Positions 54,341 to 64,000 of a DNA stretch of 64,000 nt are shown here, piece after piece (positions within the stretch are counted from its first letter, which is position 1; every line of letters starts with the position of its first letter). The stretch lies in assembly GCA_951406725.2 (NCBI GenBank), contig OX597827.1, positions 11,470,001 through 11,534,000 of the forward strand. Direction: 5' to 3'. The notes under the pieces are model-generated. The model did not search any database. It was not told the origin of the DNA and worked only from the letters and a program-made list of their open reading frames with translations. The stretch is from Octopus vulgaris. Lineage: Eukaryota. The position numbers were made by a program, and so were the translations under genes.

Positions 54341-54484
54341 GAGGAGTAGTCGCTTCGGCACTGTATTAAAAAGCAAATACCTTAATATGGTAGGGATTGT
54401 AAAAGTTATCTCCCTTTAAACCCCGATCGCCTTGCTTTTTTTTTTTTGGTCTTTACAAAATCTGTGAAATTATTTGAATTAATT

Positions 54485-54874
54485 ACTCTTTTACTCTATT
54501 ACTTGTTTCAGTCATTTGACTGTGGCCATGCTGGAGCACCGCCTTTAGTTGAGGAAATCGACCCCGGGACTTATTCTTTGTAAGCCCAGTACTTATTCTA
54601 TCGATATCTTTTTGCCGAACCGCTAAGTGACGGGGACGTAAACACACCAGCATCGGTTGTCAAGCAATGCTAGGGGGACAAACACAGACACACAAACATA
54701 CATATATATACATATATACGACAGGCTTCTTTCAGTTTCCGTCTACCAAATCCACTCACAAGGCATTGGTCGGCCCAGGGCTATAGCAGAAGACACTTGC
54801 CCAAGATGCCACGCAGGGGGACTGAACCCGGAACCATGTGGTTGGTTAGCAAGCTACTTACCACACAGCCACTC
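54485..54874 (-). mobile_element. SINE family A
   Basis: Near-identity to other family A copies. Confidence 0.92.
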
Positions 54875-54877
54875 GGG

Positions 54878-55106
54878 GAGAGTCATTTTCTTTTTGTGCC
54901 TTATTATGTAACACACTCACCGGTAAAATTTCCATATTTTTCTTATCTTTATTTTCCTAAAATTTTTGTTGCATCTTGCAACCTTTTCAATAATTTAAAG
55001 GTTGCAAGACGCAACGGAAATTTTAGGACAATAAAAATAAGAAAAACATAAAAAATTTTACCTGTGAGTGTGTTACATTATAAGGCACAAAAAGAAACTG
55101 ACTCTC
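54878..55106. repeat. Imperfect palindrome (about 110-bp arms)
   Basis: gagagtcattttc...gcaaccttt mirrored by aaaggttgc...gaaactgactctc. Confidence 0.88.
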
Positions 55107-55285
55107 TCCAGACACAACAGAATATGTTTCAACACACGAACTCATATAAAGAATCTTACAAACCAAATCCCAAAACGAAATATTTGAACTAATATAATCA
55201 ACATTCTTGAAAGCAGTGCTCCAGAATGATCGCAGTTTGTGGCTGAAACCAGACAGAGAACAGAATAAAAGAATGTAAATATATA

Positions 55286-55693
55286 GGCGCAGGAGTGGCT
55301 GTGTGGTAAGTAGCTTGCTAACCAATCACATGGTTCCGGGTTCAGTCCCACTGCGTGGCATCTTGGGCAAGTGTCTTCTGCTATAGCCCCGGGCCGACCA
55401 ATGCCTTGTGAGTGGATTTGGTAGACGGAAACTGAAAGAAGCCTGTCGTATATATGTGTATATATATATGTATGTGTGTGTGTGTTTGTGTGTCTGTGTT
55501 TGTCCCCCTAGCATTGCTTGACAACCGATGCTGTTGTGTTTATGTCGCCGGCACTTAGCAATTCGGCAAAAGAGACCGATAGAATAAGTACTGGGCTTAC
55601 AAAGAATAAGTCCAGGGGTCGAGTTGCTCGACTAAAGGCGGTGCTCCAGCATGGCCGCAGTCAAATGACTGAAACAAGTAAAAGAGTAAAAGA
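55286..55693 (+). mobile_element. SINE family A
   Basis: Full head ggcgcaggagtggctgtgtgg. Confidence 0.92.
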
Positions 55694-56072
55694 GATACAA
55701 AATAATTATCCAACATTTCCCATGTTATACAAAGAAAAAAGCCTTGTATTCAAACCCTCATTGATTGGGTAACTACTTATAAGAATAGCATAGGAAAAAG
55801 AAATAAGCTAGTTAGGAAAACATTTATATGGTCCCTTATTCTGCTAGAAATGGCAACCTAATTTTCCTCAGATCATAAAGTGACATTTAAAGGATACAAA
55901 GAACACATTAGATAATGCAGCCTGAAGTACACAATATTGTTGAAACAAATGGGATGGTCACGGTTTGGTTTACCTTTGAATTTACACCTGCTGAATCAAG
56001 CTTGAGATGGAGCTAAAGAACAACAGTAATAAAGTACAGGTACTAAACTGCACACACACACGCACACATGCA

Positions 56073-56129
<57 letters not shown>

Positions 56130-56202
56130 TTGTAGCTACAGAAGGATATATGTGTGTATGTTTGATTTGGTAAACGGAAACTGAAAGAATCCCATCATAC
56201 AC

Positions 56203-59200
56203 ACATGTATGCATGCATGCATGCATGTATGTATGTATGTATGTATGTATGTATGTATGTATGTATGTATGCATGCATATATGTATGTGTGTATGTATGT
56301 ATGTATGTATGTATGTATGTATGTATGTATGTATGTATATATGCATGCATGCATGTATGTATGTATGTATGTATGTATGTATGTATGTATGTATGTATGT
56401 ATGTATGTATGTATGTATGTATGTATGTATGTATGTATGCATGTATGTATGTGTGTATGTATGTATGTATGCATGCATGCATGCATGTATGTATGTGTGT
56501 ATGTATGTATGTATGTATGTATGTATGCATGCATGCATGCATGTATGTTTGTATGTATGTATGTATGCATGCATGTATGTATGTATACATGCATGCATGC
56601 ATGCATGTATGTATATATGCATGCATACATGCATGTATGTATGTATGTATGTATGTATGTATGTATGTATGTATGTATGTATGTATGTATGTATGTATGT
56701 ATGTATGTATGTATGTATGTATGTATGTATGTATGTATGTATGTATGTATGTATGTATGTATGTATGTATGTATGTATGTATGTATGTATGTATGTATGT
56801 ATGTATGTATGTATGTATGTATGTATGTATGTATGTATGTATGTATGTATGTATGTATGTATGTATGTATGTATGTATGTATGTATGTATGTATGTATGC
56901 ATGCATGCATGTATGTACGTGTGTATGCATGCATGCATGTATGTATGTATGTATGTATGTATGTATGTATGTATGTATGTATGTATGTATGTATGTATGT
57001 ATGTATGTATGTATGTATGTATGTATGTATGTATGTATGTATGTATGTATGTATGTATGTATGTATGTATGCATGTATGTATGTATGTATGTATGTATGT
57101 ATGTATGTATGTATGTATGTATGTATGTATGTATGTATGTATGTATGTATGTATGTATGTATGTATGTATGTATGTATGTATGTATGTATGTATGTATGT
57201 ATGCATGTATGTATGTATGTATGTATGTATGTATGTATGCATGCATGCATGTATGTACGTGTGTATGCATGCATGCATGTATGTATGTATGTATGTATGT
57301 ATGTATGTATGTATGTATGTATGTATGTATACATGTATGTATGTATGCATGCATGCATGTATGTATGTATGCAAGTATGTATGTATATATGCATGCATGC
57401 ATGCATGTATGTATATATGCATGCATGCATGCATGTATGTATGTATGTATGTATGTATGTATGTATGCATGCATGCATGTATGTATGTATGTATGTATGT
57501 ATGCATGCATGCATGCATGCATGTATGTATGTATGTAGGTATGCATGCATGTATGTATGTATGTAGGTATGCATGTATGTATGTATGTATGCATGTATGT
57601 ATGCATGTATGTATGTATGTATGTATGTATGCATGCATGTATGTACGTGTGTATGCATGTATGTATGTATGTATGTATGTATGTATTATGTATGTATGTA
57701 TGTATGTATGTATGTATGTATGTATGTATGTATGCATGCATGCATGCATGTATGTTTGTATGTATGTATGTATGCATGCATGTATGTATGTATATATGCA
57801 TGCATGCATGCATGCATGTATGTATATATGCATGCATGCATGCATGTATGTATGTATGTATGTATGTATGTATGTATGTATGTATGTATGTATGTATGCA
57901 TGCATGCATGCATGCATGTATGTATGTATGTATGTATGTATGTATGTATGTATGTATGTATGTATGTATGTATGTATGTATGCATGCATGTATGTATGTA
58001 TGTATGTATGTATGCATGCATGTATGTATGTATGTATGTATGTATGTATGTATGTATGTATGTATGTATGTATGTATGTATGTATGTATGTATGTATGTA
58101 TGTATGTATGTATGTATGTATGTATGTATGTATGTATGTATGTATGTATGTATGTATGTATGTATGTATGTATGTATGTATGTATGCATGCATGTATGTA
58201 CGTGTGTATGCATGCATGCATGTATGTATGTATGCATGTATGTATGTATGTATGTATGTATGTATGTATGTATGCATGTATGTATGTATGTATGTATGTA
58301 TGTATGTATGTATGTATGTATGTATGTATGTATGTATGTATGTATGTATGTATGTATGTATGTATGTATGTATGTATGCATGCATGTATGTATGTATGTA
58401 TGTATGTATGTATGCATGCATGCATGTATGTATGTATGTATGTATGTATGTATGTATGTATGTATGTATGTATGTATGTATGCATGTATGTATATATGCA
58501 TGCATGCATGCATGTATGTATGTATGTATGTATGTATGTATGTATGTATGTATGTATGTATGTATGTATGTATGTATGTATGCATGCATGTATGTATGTA
58601 TGTATGTATGTATGTATGTATGTATGTATGTATGTATGTATGTATGTATGTATGTATGTATGTATGTATGTATGTATGTATGTATGTATGTATGTATGTA
58701 TGTATGTATGTATGTATGTATGTATGTATGTATGTATGTATGTATGTATGTATGTATGTATGTATGTATGTATGTATGTATGTATGTATGTATGTATGTA
58801 TGTATGTATGTATGTATGTATGTATGTATGTATGTATGTATGTATGTATGTATGTATGTATGCATGCATGCATGCATGTATGTATGTATGTATGTATGTA
58901 TGTATGTATGTATGTATGTATGTATGTATGTATGTATGTATGTATGTATGTATGTATGCATGTATGTATGTATATATGCATGCATGCATGCATGTATGTA
59001 TGTATGTATGCATGTATGTATGTATGTATGTATGTATGTATGTATGTATGTATGTATGTATGTATGTATGTATGTATGTATGTATGTATGTATGTATGTA
59101 TGTATGTATGTATGTATGTATGTATGTATGTATGTATGTATGTATGTATGTATGTATGTATGTATGTATGTATGTATGTATGTATGTATGTATGTATGTA

Positions 59201-59355
59201 TGTATGTATGTATGTATGTATGTATGTATGTATGTATGTATGTATGTATGTATGTATGTATGTATGTATGTATGTATGTATGTATGTATGTATGTATGTA
59301 TGTATGTATGTATGTATGTATGTATGTATGTATGTATGTATGTATGTATGTATGT
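56203..59355. repeat. Giant (TATG)n/(CATG)n array, about 3.15 kb, inside a family A SINE
   Basis: SINE sequence at 56165-56200 upstream and 59383-59578 downstream. Confidence 0.95.
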
Positions 59356-59846
59356 AGGTGCGTATGTTTTTGTGTGAGTGTCTTTGTGTCTGTGTTTGTC
59401 CCCCACACCACTTGACAACTGGTGTTGGTGTGTTTATATCCCCATTAGCTAGCGATTGAACAAAAGTGACCGATAGAGTGAGTACTAGGCTGAAAAAAAA
59501 ATATATTTGTGGTCGATTCGTTTGACTATAACCCTTCGTGGCGGTGCCCCAGCATGGCCGCAGTCAAATGACTGAAAGAAAAAAATTTTTAGAAAATGTG
59601 AAAGCAAAATTGTTTAGGTATGCAAATGTGTGTGTGCTTATGTATACCGATAAAAAACGGTGAGTTGCGTCCCTTTACCTTAAAACCTAATCTAGCAATT
59701 AATTACAGCAAAGAAAAATTGATAAATTAAGTAACCGACAGGAATACTAACTAACTGGTGTCAACGTGATTAACTAAATCACTTGAAATTGGTGTCCTAG
59801 TATGGCCACAGTCCAATAACTAAAACCCATAGAAATAATAATAATA

Positions 59847-60252
59847 GGAGTGGCTGTGTGGTAAGTAGCTTGCTAACCAACCCCATGGTTCCGGTTTCAG
59901 TCCCACTGCGTGACATCTTGGGCAAGTGTCTTCTGCTATAGCCCCGGGCCGACCAATGCCTTGTGAGTGGATTTGGTAGACGGAAACTGAAAGAAGCCCG
60001 TCGTATATATGTATATATATATGCATGTGTGTGTGTGTGTTTGTGTGTCTGTGTTTGTCCCTCTAGCATTGCTTGACAACCGATGCTGGTGTGTTTACGT
60101 CCCCGTCACTTAGCGGTTCGGCAAAAGAGACCGATAGAATAAGTACTGGGCTTACAAAGAATAAGTTCTGGGGTCGATTTGCTCAACTAAAAGGCGGTGC
60201 TCCAGCATGGCCGCAGTCAAATGACTGAAACAAGTGAAAGAGTAAAGAGAGT
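59847..60252 (+). mobile_element. SINE family A
   Basis: Near-identity to other family A copies. Confidence 0.92.
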
Positions 60253-61409
60253 ACAAAGCACAAAATCCTCAGCCCTCGAGTCACTGCAACTTCTGCTGAA
60301 AAAATAATCGTTCCTTCCATAAGCAAAAAGCTTAAAATTTAATGGAAGGAGCAAGTCAATTACATCAACCCAAGTGTATAACTGGTACTTATTTCATTGA
60401 CCCCCGAAGGGATGAAAGGCAAAGTTTACATCAGTAGAATTTGAACTCAGAATGTGAAGATGGAGGATGAAATACTGCTAAGCATTTCGGCCCCCAGTGC
60501 TAAAGATTCTGCCTTCTGCCAGAGAAATAGAGAATTAAATAAAATAAAGATTGGACATCTTTTCCCCGGTATTAAACAGACTTTGCAAAGGGAGTTAATC
60601 GAATTTAAATAAAACCATTTTCTATTAAGAATTTTGTGACAGATATTGAAATTTTTCATCAAACGAAAGATACTTCTAGTAATGGCAGTTGCTGTTTTTA
60701 GCATTTATGAGTCAGTCCTAATTGATCGTAGATGTTCCAGCTTTGTACCATCAGTTTAAGGGTATTTAGAACTGCATTATCTAATCTGTCTTTTCTACTT
60801 CTAAAATGACAGGGTGTAATGTCAAGGATTTTGGCTGCTATTTCCAGCAGCTCAGGCAAACTCATAGATACCCTATTGTTAATGTAGGTACCGATCTTAT
60901 TTATAAGTTAAAGTAGCAAAAATAAGTTTGCTTCCCAACCACATGGTTCTGAGTTCAGTCCTACTTCATGGCACCTTTGACAAATATCTTCTACTATATC
61001 CTTGGGTCGACTAAAACTTTGTGTATTTGGTGGACAGGAACTGAAACAATCCCATCATATATATGCATGTGTGCATGTGTTCTGAGTTCAAATCCTGCTG
61101 AGGTCGACTTTACCTTTCATCCTTTCAGGGTCAATAAATTAAGTACCAGTGTTACACTGGGGTCGATGTAATCGACTTGTCCTATCCCCCAAATTTCAGG
61201 CCTTGTGCCTATGGTAGAAAGGAATATTTCTATTGGCAAAATTTAAAAAAAATTATCTTGAACTCTTCTGAATTTAGGAAGGCAGTGGTCACCGTTAGGT
61301 AACTTCCACAGCCACTTCTAAATACCGAAGAACATACCTTTCTCTTCTCTCTCTTTCTCATTGGGGTTTCTAATCTTGCAAGTTGCATGGCAGCCTCACT
61401 AGTTTTTTA

Positions 61410-61795
61410 AGAAGCACTCCGTCGGTTACGACGACAAGGATTCCGGTTGATCCGATCAACGGAACAACCTGCTCGTGAAATTAACGTGTAAGTGGCTGAG
61501 CACTCCACAGACACGTGTACCCTTAACGTAGTTCTTGGGGATATTCAGCGTGACACAGAGAGTGACAAGGCCGGCACTTTGAAATACAGGTACAACAGAA
61601 ACAGGAAGTAAGAGTGAGAGAAAGTTGTGGTGAAAGAGTACAGCAGGGATCACCACCATCCCCTGCCGGAGCCTCGTGGAGCTTTTAGGTGTTTCTTACG
61701 CTCAATAAACCCTCACAACACCCGGTCTGGGAATCGAAACCGCGATCCTACGACCGCGAGTCCGCTGCCCTAACCACTGGGCCATTGCGCCTCCA
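61410..61795 (-). mobile_element. SINE family C1
   Basis: TSD cctcactagt on both sides. Confidence 0.9.
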
Positions 61796-61952
61796 ACCTC
61801 ACTAGTGCTGCTGGCATGTTAAAGAAGAAAAACAGCAATCATTCCATACTGTAAAATGGTTGGCATTAGGAAGGGCACCCAGCTATAAAAAAATCATGCC
61901 AAAGCAGACACGGGAACTCTATGCACTTCTTGAGTCCATCAGATCCTATTAA

Positions 61953-62173
61953 CCCTTTAGTGTTCGCATTATTCTGCCAAAATTAATGCTTCTTCATCTA
62001 CATTGTTTTGAACTAATCATGCATTTTCTTGTAGCTATGAGATTTTGATGAGGTAGCTGTTAGTTTTTAAAACGATATTGTAGGGTTGGTGTAAGAGACC
62101 AGATCTGGCCAGTTTGAACATAAAACAGGCAGAATACCCTTGGCCGGATATGGCCGGTTTAAATGCTAAAGGG
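61953..62173. mobile_element. piggyBac-like MITE inside a degraded family D element
   Basis: TTAA-ccctttag...ctaaaggg-TTAA. Confidence 0.82.
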
Positions 62174-62420
62174 TTAAACAGTGCCAATGACATCAACATG
62201 GAACACAGATAGTAAGCAATGATGATACTACATTAATCAATCATCAAACATCAATCATCAGTCACCAATGGACAGTGGTTGCTATATGTATGGAAGACCT
62301 AATGGTGACCAATGATAGTTTATCACTGTTCATAAACAACGTTAAATGAATCACACCAAACCACAGCCCATCCGATTATTATGGATCTGGCTTTCATTCT
62401 TCTTTATTTCTTATATTAAA

Positions 62421-63103
62421 CTAGCAGTATCACCCGGCGTTGCTCGGGTTTGTAAAGGAAATAACTATATAAGCATTTTTAGAGAGTTATAGCCAAAAAA
62501 TAGCAAAAGAATGCATTAAAAATGGAAAAAAAATGATGGTAAATTTTTTTTAAAATCGTTGACTCATCGTAGACTACTTCCCTTTTATAATAGCGAAAAA
62601 ATGCATTAAAATGGAAAAAAATTATGGTAAATTTTTTTTAAATCGTAGACTCATCGTAGACATTTTTAGAGAGTTACTTCCCTTATATAATAGCGAAAAA
62701 AATGCATTAAAATGGAAAAAAATGATGGTAAATTTTTTTAAAAATCGTTGACTCATCGGAGACATTTTTAGAGAGTTACTTCCCTTATATAATAGCGAAA
62801 AAATGCATTAAAATGGAAAAAAATTATGGTAAATTTTTTTTAAATCGTAGACTCATCGTAGACATTTTTAGAGAGTTACTTCCCTTTTATAATAGCGAAA
62901 AAATGCATTAAAATGGAAAAAAATGATGGTAAATATTTTTTTAAATCGTAGACTCATCGTAGACGCGCACTAATACCCAGAAGGGCTCGATATGAATCAC
63001 GACTATAAGTGAGGTTGGAGGCGACTGCACCGCAAAATGTGGGAGTAGTTAGGAATCTAAATCGTAGGAGACAGACACACAACCTCACTTTTATATATAA
63101 AGA
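62421..63103 (-). mobile_element. Non-autonomous Helitron with about 5 internal tandem repeats of about 88 bp
   Basis: TC...CTAG termini, cccgagcaacgccggg hairpin; aatgcattaaaatggaaaaaa unit repeated. Confidence 0.88.
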
Positions 63104-63534
63104 TTTACTCTTCTTTATTTTATTCTTCATGAGTGCTGTTAATACATTACATTTGGACGGCAGAATTAAGAGCCGGTACCATTAAAATGGACAGATTCCT
63201 GTTCTTTGGATTAGCGGAATAACAATGTTGAACACTGGCGATGATAATAAATCCTTCAGTTTTAACCATTAGGAGATTATTCTTTTCATTTTATTTCATT
63301 TCTTATTTTTGTTCTTTATTGAATTGCAGTTATTGGAGTGTGGCCATGCTGTAGCATTGCTTACAATAATTTTAGTCAATCATATCAAATACAGTATTTT
63401 AGTGTGCTGCTTTATTATTTTTTTTTTTATCCATTCCTATTTATTGAGTTGCTAAGTCATGTATTTTATAATAAAAGACCCTTGTTCCAGTCATTAGACT
63501 GTAGCCATGCTGGAGCACTGCCTTCAAGAATTTT

Positions 63535-63753
63535 GCCAGCCTCGCCTGGCACCTGTGCAGGTGGCACGTAAAAAGCACCCACTACACTCAAGGAGTTGTT
63601 GGCGTTAGGAAGGGCATCCAGCTGTAGAAACACTGCCAGAGCAGACTGGAGCCTGGTGCAGCCTTCTGGCTTCCCAGATCCCCGGTCGAACCGTCCAACC
63701 CATGCTAGCATGGAGAACGGACGTTAAACGATGATGATGGTGATGATGATGAT
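63535..63753 (+). mobile_element. Family D element 3' part with (GAT)n tail
   Basis: Matches 11870-12087. Confidence 0.82.
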
Positions 63754-64000
63754 GAATTGACCCTAGTACTTGTTACAAAATTACACAGCTCTGACTGTTG
63801 TTTACCTTATTCTTATCAAAGAGAAGAATTTGCCAGACATGTAAGTCTGCAAAAGTAACAGCTTACATGTATGTTTAGCTGACAGACATAAGTGTGTTCT
63901 ATATTCTTTGACAAACACTTCTAAAGTGAGAACCAGTATGGGTTGTTGGACTGGTGGAATCATGTGAGTGTTAGAGAAATGCCTCGCAGTTCTTGCTCTG

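Noticed and set aside
55996-59418. ORFs over 1000 aa (HTYI/MYVC repeats)
   Set aside because: Translations of (TATG)n, which lacks stop codons in every frame; the same applies to 5955-7359 and 39300-43100

Overview
AT-rich eukaryotic non-coding DNA that is almost entirely repeats. The microsatellite density and tRNA-derived SINE families suggest an octopod cephalopod (inferred, not verified). No intact host gene is recognisable: nearly all long ORFs are translations of (TATG)n, (TA)n, (CA)n or (CAT)n arrays. Recognisable parts are more than 40 SINE copies from about five families, a decayed mariner, non-autonomous Helitrons, Merlin-like MITEs with 8-bp TSDs, piggyBac-like MITEs, RTE and R4/Dong-like LINE 3' fragments and a probable LINE ORF1 fragment. 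The most interesting signal is a set of short (about 100-400 bp), mutually divergent non-coding elements, mostly embedded in (TA)n tracts. Each carries a minimal type I hammerhead-ribozyme motif (stem I-CTGAnGA-stem II-GAAAC-short stem III-NTH-stem I'). Several sit in long fold-back palindromes, and one is fused to a tRNA-derived Pol III head, consistent with a Penelope-like/retrozyme-like non-autonomous retroelement system.
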